A stretch of 64,000 nucleotides of DNA from Lama glama (lineage: Eukaryota): contig CM052816.1 of assembly GCA_028534125.1 (NCBI GenBank), positions 75,704,001 through 75,768,000 on the forward strand, given 5' to 3'. This document shows, piece after piece, positions 42,504 to 55,460 of the stretch. The position numbers were made by a program, and so were the translations under genes. Positions within the stretch are counted from its first letter, which is position 1, and each line of letters starts with the position of its first letter. Under the pieces are notes generated by a model that was not told where the DNA came from, ran no database searches, and saw nothing but the letters and a program-made list of their open reading frames with translations.

Positions 42504-43369
42504 AAGAATTAAAGAATAGTTATTAGCTTTTAGAGTTGAGTACAAAGCACTATTAATAGATTTGATTTATAGGACAAGGAATTATTTGCTGAGTAAGGTT
42601 TCTTGCAAGGGCTGGGAGAGAAATGTTTTGTACAGTTAGGAACTTCCGGTTCTTCTGGTTGTTTTTCTCCTCTGAAGCAGCCTTTTCTTCCTTCTGATAC
42701 TAATTTTGTGAGAGTTACATGATTCCAATTTCATTTACCTTTCAATAAAGTGTTCTTAAGTAATAGATCATTTTTATGTGGAATGCACTGTGTAAAGACT
42801 CCTGGGACTAGAGCATTTTATGTCCCAGATGACCATCATGATTAGCTAAAATGACATTGTTAACCTTAAACCTAAACTGCTATACATTTCTATTTCCTTG
42901 CAGTCATTAATAGTTATAGACAACCTGATGATCAGATCACTGAAATATTTAAAAATTTTAAAGTTAGATATTTTAATTGGTTGTCAAAATATTAATCCTT
43001 CTACACTATAAGGCTTTAAAGTAACTTCTTGAGTTTTATTAAAGAAACATTATATTGTTTTACTGTTTTAGTAGTTTGAAAATGAAAATCTATACTTAGA
43101 ATATATATCTCTGATTACCATTATGTGTAGTTTGCCAGAATATCTCCTTCTCAACTATTCATATTGGTTAAGTTGAGGTAAATAATTAATTGCAGAAAGC
43201 AGAAGTTTTTTTTGTTGTTGTTGTTACTTTTATATTAAATGGGAAAAATATCTTATATGCCAAGGTATATATGAATAGATTAGCAGACTTCTAGCAAATG
43301 GTGCAAGATCATACCATGGTTTAAAATTTACGTTAATTCAGATTTCCCACACATACACACTTTTTAAAA

Positions 43370-43513
43370 ATATTTTTTTGGGGGGAGGTAATTAGGTATT
43401 TATTTATTTATTTAGTTAGTTAGTTAGTTATTTAAATGGAGGTACTGGGGATTGAACCCAGGACCTCATGCATGCAAAGCATGTGCTCTACCACTGAGCT
43501 ATACCCTCCCCCC
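43370..43513 (-). mobile_element. tRNA-Ala-derived SINE (Vic-1-like)
   Basis: GGAGGTACTGGGGATTGAACCCAGGACC...CTCTACCACTGAGCTATACCCTCCCCCC; imperfect TSD ACATACACACT / ACATATACACT. Confidence 0.9.
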
Positions 43514-43637
43514 TTACATATACACTCTTAAACCTAATTTAACTTGTCTATTAAAAAGACTGATGGAACACACTTGACTCATAGTTCAAGTAAATATGTA
43601 TTCTTTTTCTCTACCCCAGCATTATAAAAGGGTACAG

Positions 43638-43638
<1 letters not shown>

Positions 43639-43668
<30 letters not shown>
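43639..43668. repeat. (TG)15 microsatellite
   Basis: Uninterrupted TG run. Confidence 0.95.
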
Positions 43669-43673
<5 letters not shown>

Positions 43674-44677
43674 ATATATGTACATATCTATAAATGCTGT
43701 CTCACAAATAGAGCCTTTAATTAAGTATAAGTTTATGACAATTCATCATTGGCCAAATCAATTAAACTAATATATGTTGCCACTTTCGTTCATCTAAGAT
43801 TGTACGGAATTATTAAGATGAATTTACCTATGAATTTTTTGTGTTCTTTATAAACTCAAAAGATCGTACCTACATAGTATCAGAAAGACACAGGTTTGAG
43901 TTCTGATGTGGTGGCCAAACTCATTTGTCTGCTTATCTTTATGTCCAGATGATATTTTTCTACTAACACATCCTCATGCAGTCTGAGATATGGGACGGGT
44001 TTTAGCTTTTTCACTGTATTTGGACTAAATTTGTAACTTTAGGTTATTAGTACCTGAATTTACCGATTGAATGACCATTTTCTGTTTTTGTATTGTTTTG
44101 CCAAATATAGTTTTTCTTTGATTTTTGTTCACTGGAATTGTTTTTTTATAAGACCCTAAATCAAATATGAAGAGAAGGTGGCAGAATGAAAAGCACTGAG
44201 ATGAGAGTTAGGAGACTTGGGTTCTGGATTTACCAGTCTGTTCATTACCTATGGCAAGTCACTTAACTTTTGGGGGTTTATGTTTTCTTATCAATAAAAT
44301 GAGAATTTGGATGAGATGATTTCTAAGATTCCTTCCAAATTTTAAGTTCACTTATGATTTTAATATAGAAAGACTGACTATGATTGTTGGGGAATATTTA
44401 TCAAGCCTTATTACTAGTTTATTGGGCTCTTAATCTTGATTGCAAGACTGATGAGTAGCTACATATGTACCCAGTCTTACATATGTAAAATTACATCAGG
44501 GGAATACATTGCTGTGTGTAAAAAAGGCAAGTGGCTTAATCCAGACTCATTGTCTCTATTTTGTAGGGTATTTGAAATAAACATGCTCTTGATAGCTGGT
44601 CAGTGATCTCACTTAAAGAAGCAAATTAAATACCTTTAAAATTTTGGGGAGGGTGTCGTGGATTGTAATTAAGTTGA

Positions 44678-44938
<261 letters not shown>

Positions 44939-47615
44939 ACCTAAAACTTTTCTTATTTCTTTGATAGCAATAAGCATGCATAATAAATCATAGCCAAATG
45001 CTTCCATTTATAATCAAGTTATACATAATTATAACCGAAGATTGGCCTTTTGGAATGCAGTTTGCACAGGGATTGGAACATGATTAATAGTTAAAAGCAT
45101 AATGTGCAAAAGTGAATTAAGATAATTTTGTTGTTCATTGTTCAGTAGGTATATAGCATAATATAATATACACAATGAATTATAGGGCTCTCAGGCTCAC
45201 TTGAGTTTTGGCTATTTTATATTTAGTGTATACAGGGCTTTGTTGAATATTAATTTACCACAAAGGCCTTCATGTGTTATTACATATTGATGTGTTATAT
45301 ATTTGCTTCATACATTTATTCAGTAAATATTTGCCTAGAATCCCCAGAGACCTTTATAGGTGATTTTGTTTTCTGGGCTCCTTCTTGAATAGCAAACATC
45401 TTCAACAGTAGGGACAGTCTGAATAATTTTTCCATATCCCCTCCTTAATATTCTGTAGTATATGGCAAGTCACATTAAAGATATTGGACTTGGTTAAATT
45501 TTTTTCTTTAGTTTGGTAAGTCCAAAAACACAGAACTTACATATTCAGATACTCTAGGCACTAAGTTTAATTTTACAATTTGTCCCATTATATTCTGTAC
45601 ATAAATTGCTCTTTGTCACAAGAGCTGAGTTGGATATACTGTAAATAATCTTGTTTTTGCCAATATCACAAATTCCTCTGCTCATCATGTCAATCAGTGT
45701 TGAATGTATGCAAAAATTTCTAGTCATTCAGTCATGTATCTTTTAAATTGATTCAGTGCATAAAACATCTTTTACAAACTGTTTAAATGCTCTGATGTGG
45801 CTTTATCTCCAAATTTATTATGGACATTTTTAAAAGAACAATTAAAAGGCTGTAAGGTGATCACATCTGTATCTACCACTTAGATTCAACACTCATTAAC
45901 ATTTTGCCATATTTGTTTTATCTCTGTATCTGTATATAGGTACAGTTTCACATATATATATATATATGTGTGTGTTTATATGCTTTTTTCCCCTGAACCA
46001 TTTGAACATTGCAGATACACTCATCACCTCTCAACGCTTTAAACATCTTCTAAAAAATAATGATGTTCTCCTAAAAAAAATCATAATACCATTACAAAAT
46101 TAATATTTCCCTAATGCTATCTAATCATGCATATTTAGATTTCCCCCATTGTCCTCCAAATTTATTTAAAACCAGGATCCAGTTAAAGTTTACACATTAC
46201 ATTTAGTTATGTCTCCTTAGTCAGATATTACATTATTATTATTTTGATAAAACATGAAACAAATCAGTTCTTCTAAATGGTGACATTTGTTTTGGATTTT
46301 AATTACTTTTTAAAAGGCATATTATGGGAACTTCCTAAAGACGCTTAATCTTCCTAAGAGCTCTGATTTCTGTTTGTTTTTCTTGCTCTTAGTATAATGC
46401 ATTGCATAGTAGGTGTAAGAGAAGATTTAGAGTCACCTCGGATAAAATTTGTATCATGGGTATGCTGATAAAAAATAAAATACTGTATCACTCATAATTG
46501 CCTTATACTATTTTAACTTCAAGAAATTTTTTTTGGTATTAATTACTTTTCCATTGCAACAGAACCATCTTTGTTTTCTATTTTAAGACTCTTTGTATTA
46601 TAGGATTGTTTTTGGCAAATACAGTGAGCACCTATGTAAACAGACGATAAATAATGTACTCAAATGTCATGACAGCTTGCATAGTTACTGTCGTTGAAGA
46701 TTTGGCTCCAGCACCCTTAGAAACATGCACTGAATTCAAAAGAAAAATGTTGCTTCCTTTGTCCAGGGTTTGTTCTATTCAACTTAGAATCTGAAAGCTG
46801 AATACAATTATAGGAGTTCTATTTAAATATAAGTTCCAACTGTATTTATAACTTGTATTGGCTCTCTGTTTTGGGGATGTTGACTTTGTGTAGGCTCTCT
46901 AAATGCAGCATTATGTTCCTAATGTTAAGAACAGAAGACTGTATTTTTAAAGCTACAGATTTGTATATAGAACTAAGACATTGTTATAATGTCCTCATAA
47001 CCTGCTATGGGACGTGAGAAACAAAAAGAGGAACCAGTTAAATAGGATCTTCTAAAAATTGTTAATTTTGTAAACTTTGCTTCTTTTTTAAGTTATTGTG
47101 ATTCCTTTTAGTTACTGAGTTTTATTTTGAAGATATTTAAATATTGCACTTGTACAAATAGTATAAATGCACAAACTATTGCAGTAAATTCTTTTTTAAG
47201 GTGGGATATTTGAAATGACAGCTTTTGGATGAGTATGTCAAGGTTGCATCAGAATTTTCACAAATTTATTGTTAGCAAATTCTTACTAATTGAAAATGTA
47301 AGGGAGTTAATGCAAATGATTTTTAATCTTTTTTTATTATGTTTTCAGCAATTTATATTTTTTTGTGATTTTATGCAACCATATTTTTACTTTGTCTTGA
47401 CAACTGAAAGATGTATAAGGTTTCTGCCAGAAATGTACTGTATACATAGTTTTAAATATAACAGATTTTACTGATATGTAAAAGTTTTGCCATTTAAATA
47501 AATGACTTCTCGCTGAGAGGAACTTTTCTACCAGGTTGGGGAATATGGGAGCTTAATATATCATAGCTAATTTAAAATAATTTCACTGAAATAAACTCCA
47601 TTGCTTTTACTTTGA
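44939..47615 (+). other. PRKAA1: PRKAA1 long AU-rich 3'UTR with candidate poly(A) signals
   Basis: AATAAA at 46474-46479, 47497-47502 and 47590-47595, the last followed by T/GT-rich sequence. The exact 3' end is inferred. Confidence 0.7.
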
Positions 47616-48448
47616 TTATATTTTCTCTTGGGATGGTTTTGTAGTTTTTCAGAGTTTTAAGTGATTTTATATAAAGTCCAGCGCTCTCACCCAACCCCTC
47701 CACCCTTTTTGACCTTGCAGAAATACCATTCACACTAAGTTAATGATTGGTGGACTGTGGGTGGATGTAGAACTCCATGTACCTTTGAGATGAAAGGGGA
47801 AAAAAAATGTGTTTAAATCTTTCCCTCTTGACTCCTTCCATCGCTCCCATCCACAATAGAAATCGTATTTTCATTGTGAGTTCTCTTGACCAGATGAATG
47901 AAAGTCCACATACAACGTAACCGTAAGTTGGTAGTAGAGTAGAAATCAGTCTTTGTGGTACAATATTTCTTAGACATGTTCATGTATGTTTTGACCAGAG
48001 TATATTAAAGAATACAATTTCAAATACTTTGATTTGGAAAATGGATAATAAAGAAAAACATCATTTTTCATAGGTTTATAATGTGCTTAACTGTTTTAAC
48101 TTCTGGGAAAACTAAATTGAAAAAAAAAAAAAAGGCCAACTATCTGTGCACCTTTTAAACAATGTGCCTAAATGTAAAATATAGTGCTTGACCAAATTTT
48201 AGCTCTTGAATATTGTGACTTTTGTCTCATCTAAATTAGTGAGTTTTTGTTTCCTCTAAAATTTAACCACCTGAATAAAATATTAAGTTGTATTCAACAA
48301 AAGTTAAAGCAGTTATCTTTGGCTGCTAAGAAATCTTACATCCCAGGGGGCACTGTTGGCAGGGTTTGTGTTAGATTGTCGGCCATTCTGAATCTTTAAA
48401 ATAGCTTTATAATTGTAACAAAAGGAAACAGTACTGAAGAGTGTTATG

Positions 48449-48600
48449 GGCGAAGATACAGCTCAGCAGTAGAGTGCATGCTTAGCACGCACAATGTCCT
48501 GAGTTCAGTCACCAGTACCTCCAATAAAAAACAAGAAATTAATTTAAAAATTCATAAAGAAACCTAGTACCCCCCCCCCACCAAAAAGAAAAACAAAAAT
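48449..48600 (+). mobile_element. tRNA-Ala-derived SINE (Vic-1-like), diverged
   Basis: AGCTCAGCAGTAGAGTGCATGCTTAGCACG...GAGTTCAGTCACCAGTACCTCC; perfect TSD AAGAGTGTTATG at 48437-48448 and 48601-48612. Confidence 0.88.
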
Positions 48601-49619
48601 AAGAGTGTTATGAACAGCACATAGGTGGTTCTTTTAGGGACTTATTTACTCTGGGTAAAATCATTTACCCTGACTGAACGAAACTGTACAAGAAATTCAA
48701 GAGAATTGAAAAATCATTTATTGAACTGTTCTAGTTGTTTTGTAAAAAAATAGACTGTTCTACTTATTATGAATAACAATAAACATTATAACAAATTTAG
48801 AGGCTTTCTAGCAACATGGACGATGATCGTGTTGTCTATAAGCAGACAGTATGGGAAATTATTAAATAAATCAATAGATGCATCATGATCATAGACCAAA
48901 GTGAGTAAGGAAGTGGCGGTGAGGTGTAAAGACTTAGTATTGGAGGTAGCCTTTACCAGGGTGGAGTGGATCAAGGTTAAGTTCTTTGAGAGATTTAGGG
49001 AAGACCCCTAGAAAGGGGTACAGCTTCAAGCACCATTTAATTATTTGCTCCACAAGGTATATCCCCTCACATGGCTACTATGAGCTAAGCACAGCATATG
49101 TGACCAAAAGGCGTAAATCCTGAGAGCCTTGTTAGGGAGATACCTGTATTTTAAAGACTTTTATAGAGGTATGATGTACACAGAAAAGTGCACAAATCAT
49201 AAATATTTGGCTTGATGAGTTTTCACTGTTTCAGGTTTGCAGTGAACGTGGCCAGGTAAACCTCCACCCAAATGAAGAAACATTGCTACCCCCTTAGTAG
49301 TGTCTTTTATATTAATATCAGAAGTGACATATTATCACTTCTGCCCTATTCTGTAGGCAACGCAGAACAATCTGGGTGTAAGGTGGGAAGGAACCACCAA
49401 GAGTGGGAATCCCAGGAGCGGAGTCATAGGCAGCCACCTTGGAGGCTGGCTACCACAATTGTGTATTGATCGTCTTGAACATACTGGTTCACTTCTGCCG
49501 CTCTTACAAATGTTGAAACATTTAACCCAACAATATAAATAAAAATCACATCTGATACCACCACAGATCAAATCAGAAAAGTCTAGAAGTACTGGGAAGC
49601 AGCAAGAAAATTATGGCAA

Positions 49620-50236
49620 ATACAAGTTTTCCAAAATCATAATTTTTGCTTAATTCTTGAAAAATTTTATCATTGGCAACACTGTTAGTTGTTTTTCTTG
49701 AACCCTTTGTTCACTTTTAAGAAAATGCCTGTCAGGCCCAAGCCTGAATAACCAGCAGGTGTGTCAGTCCTTCGAAGTGCATGTTGTATTCCACAAAAAA
49801 AAGTTACCTACTTCAGTTTATAATTTAATCTCACAAGTCCTTTTAACTTGAGACATCATACTCCAACATACACCGAAAGTAGTTTATGATTACCTCCCAT
49901 TTTTTCATACAGAATATTAAAAAGTGCGTACTCAAGGGTCATTTTAATAAAACAGTTTTTACTGCTTCATCAAGGACATTCCTGAGTGACTGCATTTTCC
50001 CCCTCACTCAGCATGTGCTGGTGAAGGATACAATGACCACTAGTACAGCTTGGTATCATTGCTTTGATTCGTGCTGAGTGCTAATGGTTTTAGCCACTAG
50101 TTTTTCCACTCTCAGTGCCAGTGTCAACACCGTGAAAAAGGCAAATGATGTCTTCATGTTAGTATGAAAATAGTTTGGACTTAGAGGATCTTGACGACCC
50201 TCAGAAGTCTGAGGATCACGTTTGGAGAATCACTGC
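49620..50236. mobile_element. hAT Charlie1-like DNA transposon remnant
   Basis: Motifs GTGTCAACACCGTGAAAAAGGCAAATGATGTCTT...TATGAAAATAGTTTGGAC and terminal GGATCACGTTTGGAGAATCACTG (family by recall). Confidence 0.5.
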
Positions 50237-50242
50237 TCCACA

Positions 50243-50485
50243 TCAGTGGTTCTCAATGGGGCAAGGATGGGAGACCCATCTTCCTTCCAGGGACATCTGG
50301 CAACATCTGAAGGCATTTTTGGTTGTCACCGATGGTGGTGGTGGAGGATGCTAATGGCGTCTAGTGGGTGGAGCCCACATATGCCGCTGAGCACCTGGCA
50401 GCGCACATGACAGCCTCCCTCCCCTTCTCCCAACAGAAGTTTATCCAGTTAGAAAAGTTACAGCGTTGAAGTTGAGAAAACCTGG
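50243..50485 (+). mobile_element. MER20 (hAT-Charlie MITE)
   Basis: CAGTGGTTCTCAA...GGGACATCTGGCAACATCTGAAGGCATTTTTGGTTGTCAC...GGCGTCTAGTGGGT...GTTGAGAAAACCTG. Confidence 0.75.
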
Positions 50486-50789
50486 TCTAAAAAAACGTTC
50501 TTCCTCTGCACAAGACAGGAACATGGAGAAATCAACAATCTTAATTTTTCAATCTTCCTAAAATACTTCCCTGTATTTGTTACATGTCCCCACTTATTTA
50601 TTCACTTATTTATTTTCAAGGCAACTACTTTCAGGCCATAATTCTTCTTTAGAGAATATGGGTCCAACTTTTGGCGGGTTTTTCCCCGACAGTTGAGCCA
50701 CAGACGTCCCTGAACGTTTTCAACCGAGTAATGCCTCTGTCCTCTGCGTCTGGCCGACCTCACCAACTAAGCTGTTAACTCCTTTAGTG

Positions 50790-51720
50790 AAGACCACGCG
50801 TCGTGCTCTGAATTACCCGTGACTCGTAGGCTTTACCTGCATACGGGATGGGTCACGCGGTACCGCCAGGGCTGTGCTCTGGACCCGCACTCGGCCCGCG
50901 CAGCCGCAGTTCCCAGCGCTCCCGCGATGCGTGCCCGGCGCGTCACGCTCCCGTCCGCCGCTAGAGGGCGCTCCCGCCCGGGCGTCCCCGACTACCAGCC
51001 CCGGAGGGTAATGGGGTGGGGGCGGCCGCAGTGACCTCTGGGATTTGTAGTCCTGGAGCGGGGATTGCGGATGAGAAAAGCGCACAGAGTCGCCTCTTCC
51101 CTGCCCCTGCTCGCTTCTCTCGACGGCTCGGACGCCTGGGGTCGACCAACCCCCTTTCTTGGGAGACCAGGCACCAAAGGCAAGCCGGTAGGAGGTCGGG
51201 CATGATCATTTCCGTTTCCGGTGGGCAAAGGCCAAGCGGAATGTAAACACGGGACCCGGGGAGTGGTCATCAGGTAACAGGGGCTCCCGGGTTGGTGGTG
51301 GACGCCGGAAGAAGCGGTGGAAAACGAGGCTCGTGGGTCCTGTGGTGACGGGAGAAAGGAGCTTCCGAAGTGGGAGTAGGGTCCCAGCGCGAGTGTGGCA
51401 GAGCGGGGACGATAAGGTTGGTCTCAAGGGACCAGCAAGTCTGGGGGTCGGGCCCTCCCTTCACCGGCGTCCGGGGCGGCTTCCGAGGCAGGTGGCGCGG
51501 CCTGGACCTGCCCTGAGCGGTGGGAGGAGCGGAAGCGAGCCCGCTCTCCGCCGCGGGCCGGGAGCCTGCGGCGGAGGGCGGGGCCGTGGACTCTCGGGTG
51601 ACTTCCAGGCAGCCTTTTGAACTTTGCACGTTTTTATTGTTGTGGAAAACGAAGGGAAGTCGCCGATACTGGCTTCTCTCTTGCGGTAACATTTTCGGGT
51701 AAATCGTTTCTCGAATTCCT
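50790..51720 (+). promoter_or_regulatory. TTC33: TTC33 CpG island promoter with putative non-coding exon 1
   Basis: CpG-rich. CTCF-like motif 50958-50971; ZNF143/SBS-type motif 51038-51051 (-); tandem ETS TTTCCGTTTCCGG at about 51209-51221; candidate donor CAG|gtaaca at 51273/51274. Confidence 0.8.
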
Positions 51721-54700
51721 CACCTCCGAATATGGCCGTATACCTGGCAGGGTGTTGTTTTGATTATCTGATTGTGTTCACCAGGTTTCTCGCTTTGAGT
51801 GCTGCCTCCTCCCACGCAGTGAAGGGAAGCATTCTCCAGCTTGTGGCAGGGTAAAATGTCAAAACATCGACGGTCATTGAGCGCCAACTATATGGGTCAT
51901 TGCACCAGAAAAAGATTTTGGAATGCAGCGTCATTGTTTACAATTTTCGTAGCATTCATTATAATTCTGTGTAAAAGGAATTTGTGTTTTTTCATGAATT
52001 TAATATGAAACCCGTATGATTATGACTCACCCATATGATTTCTTATCCCAGTGCAAAGAAAATGTTGCGCCTTGTACTTGTAACTGTAGATTCAGGATAG
52101 CTTTCTTTATAAGGACTTTTAATTTCAAGTTCAGGTAGCTTTAGAGGAACAATAAATTCGTACTGTTTATTTAAGATACCCGAATCAACTCCGACTGTTA
52201 GATTTTCCGAGGCGGAAGTGTTTTTGCTGATGTTTTGGGATCCACTCTCCATTTAAGCCGGGCTAACTTTTATTCACAAAAACTTAACTGCCACCACGAA
52301 GCCTCAAGGGTCTCTCTTTGACGTCATAGCATCCTTTGTTTACTCTGCAGTAGCACTTATCCTGTATGGTATTGACTGTAGTCTTGTGGTCCCTGGACAG
52401 TTTTGAAGAAAATATAAAACTGTACTAGTGGTTTTCGTAACAGCAGACTTCTGCTTTTTAACCTCGGTGGGCCTTTGAGACTGTTTGCTGTCTTTACTCA
52501 GCCCTTGTTGCTTCTCCTGTTACCAACAGCCACTGTTTCAGATTTTTTTCTCTTCTCAAGCACTCAGATCCATTTCTTTTCACTATACTTGAAGCAGATG
52601 ACTAGCCTCCCATTTCTCTGCAAAATGTGAAGCTTGGGGGTATAAAATCCTTGGTTTCCTTTTCCCTCTACCCCCAAGCTTGCCTATACTTTCCACGCAG
52701 TATTATCTCTTGTCTGAGAGGAATGTCTTCTTGTCCCTCTCTTCAAGGCTAAACCTGTCAATTGTTAGTGATCATCACGTATCTTATACCCCTGTAACCT
52801 CATGTTGTACTGACCTCCACAGCCTCTGATTTCTAGAAGGTCTTAAAGGATTTGTGGAGGAGAAAGGCAGAAACACCTGAGGCCGTGCTGAATGTGGATT
52901 TTTCATACGTGTTTGAGAACCATCTGGGGCCTTAACCTGGCCTATCCTCAGCATTTGTAACAATGGTTTGGGTTGGAGGATGGGGGAGGAGTAGGGGGCC
53001 TCTTGTTGACCTATTAATTTTTTTAAAATGTGTGGCTCTGTCTGTTCCTTTTTCCTTTACTCCCCACCCTAACCTCTGCTCCCAGTAATCTACAGACATG
53101 ATCAATGATTTCTAATGTAATTTGCCTTTAGTAAACACACCAGATTTCCATCTGTATTGCTAGGGTTTCCACGCTAGCTGGTCTCTCACGTTGGTGCTTT
53201 AGAAACAAAGTTCCATTTGGAAACTTGAAGCCAGAAAACTTAAACATCCTCATTCTTGTCACCTTTAGGGACAGTCATAAATATAAGACTTGTTTCTTAA
53301 GTTGACATATTCTGATAGCTCGTGAGACTTCCCTAACGATCCATGGTCTCTTGTGGTCCCCCTTCTGTGCCTCTGGACTTTTGTTCTCTAGTAACCACAC
53401 TTCCATTTTCAGCCATTTCTTAGTTCTTTATGTAAGTTACTTGTAGTCATTTTCAAATATAACAAACTCATTCTTCCATATTGTAATGGGTCTGGGGAGA
53501 GAGTTTGGCCTTGTCCTGATTCCCTAGTATAGTTCATAATTTATTGCTCCTACAGGCTTTTCTAAAAATCCCTGCTCCTGTGGAAAGCATGTGATTCATT
53601 CATATCAGTCTATGCATTTCTTGATTGCTATGATTTATTGGCATTTTGTCATATTCATTAAGAACTTAGATTCATGACCCGCAGTCTTCTTACCCCTCCA
53701 AGATCTGTTATTATCTTGGGCCTTTCTATGTTAGTGACTTCACAGCCACCCTCACTTTCTTTGTCTCCTTCATCCTAGTGATTAGTTATACTTACTTCAC
53801 CATGTGCATCAGTGATGAAGATCTTGATGTCTGCTAGGACTTATTCGCTGTTTCATTTCTCCCTCCCTTACTCCCACAATGCCCATTTTGTGATAGTTTT
53901 ATGAAGACCTCTGGTTCATTGCTTTTCCTTATCCATCTCATTGATCAGTCAATTGAACATAATCTTCTTGGGGTTATAGACTCCTTTAAGAATAGAATGA
54001 AAATTTAGAGACTTGTGCAGAGTACACAAAAGCATGTAAAAATTTATATACTATTCCAGGGGTTTTTCAGTATCTATAACCCATCCATGTAACTGTAACT
54101 AGTAAGAGTTCTCTGATGCCTCAGTAAATCCCTTCTCTAAATACATATTTGTTTAATTCTTCAGGGTTTCCTTTAACTTTGTTCCATCAATTATGCCCTC
54201 TTTTAGCCCTTATATTTGTATATCATTGCAGAGTTACAAAGCAGTTTAACTTTTGGTCTTTTTGATTAACCTTGTAGTTCTGGGAATTAAGTCATTTACT
54301 GAGTTTGACTCTTTCAAAAACTTTTTTATTATGGAAAATTTCAAATGTATATGAAAGAAGAGAGGAATCCTGTATACTCATCACCTATCTTCATCACTTA
54401 TCAACTCATAGCAATCTTTTTATCTGTATCACTGTTCTATAGCACCCTTCCTCCCGCTGATTACTTTGACACAATTCCTAGATATCATATAATTTCTTGT
54501 AAGCAATTTTAGTATGTATTCCTAAAAGAACAGTGTTCTTTTTGTAAACATAATCATAATACTATTATCATACTTAAAACAGCAGGAATTTTTTAATGTT
54601 ATCAAATATCAAATCACTGTTCTGATTTCCCCTATTATTTCATAATGGTTTCTTCCTCCATGGACTTACTGAAAAACATCCAGACATTATATCTGGTTAG

Positions 54701-54873
54701 TATGTCTCTTAAGTCTCTTTTAATCTAGGGGTTACCCCCAACTTGCCTTTTTTGCTTGAAGAAACCTGGCAGTTTATGTCTTAAAGAAACCAGTTTTATT
54801 TTTCTTTAGTTTCTGTTTTTTTGCTGTCTGTATCTCTGACATTTAGCATGCTCATCTGTAGCCCACATTTCTT

Positions 54874-54916
54874 TTTTTTTTTTTTAACATTTTATTGATT
54901 TATAATCATTTTACAA
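54874..54916 (-). mobile_element. Extremely 5'-truncated L1 3' end with poly(A)
   Basis: Reverse complement TTGTAAAATGATTATAAATCAATAAAATGTT-(A)n, flanked by perfect TSD TAGCCCACATTTCTT at 54859-54873 and 54917-54931. Confidence 0.8.
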
Positions 54917-55239
54917 TAGCCCACATTTCTTATAAATTCGTAGAGGCTTATTCTGATGTAACATTAACTTTTGGCAGTAGTACTTCACAGGTGCTGTGTC
55001 ACCTCCACCAGAAGATACATAACGTACACCTGTCTTTTTTTATGTTGTTAGTAGCCTTCGATGATTATTTAGATCCACTATTGAATTAGGGGCTAAAAAT
55101 GGGAACAGTCTTAATCTTTCAATCAATTAAAAAAAATGGTGACAGTATAATTTAGTATCCCTTCTTTACCTGTTTGTTGGAATACTTCTATAAAGGGCCA
55201 AATTTGAAATTTAAAGCTCTTTCTTTGTAATTTCCTAGA

Positions 55240-55460
55240 ATGGCTTCCTTCGGATGGAAAAGGAAGATTGGCGAGAAGGTCTCCAAGGTCACGTCGCAGC
55301 AGTTTGAAGCTGAAGCTGCTGATGAGAAGGATGCAGTTGAAAACGATGAAGGGAACTGGCTTCATGCTGTTAAACGGAGGAAGGAAATTCTCCTTGAAGG
55401 CTGTGCTGAGAAAAGTAAACAGTTGAAGGATGAGGGAGCCAATTTGGCAGAAAATAAAAG
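55240..55460 (+). CDS. TTC33: Tetratricopeptide repeat protein 33, first coding exon (gene continues beyond the window)
   Basis: ttcctag|A ATG GCT...AAA AG|gtatgt; MASFGWKRKIGEKVSKVTSQQFEAEAADEKDAVENDEGNWLHAVKRRKEILLEGCAEKSKQLKDEGANLAENK(R). Consistent with known synteny downstream of PRKAA1. Confidence 0.93.

Noticed and set aside
50813..51702. ORFs at the TTC33 CpG island
   Set aside because: Same GC-content artefact; no recognisable domain.
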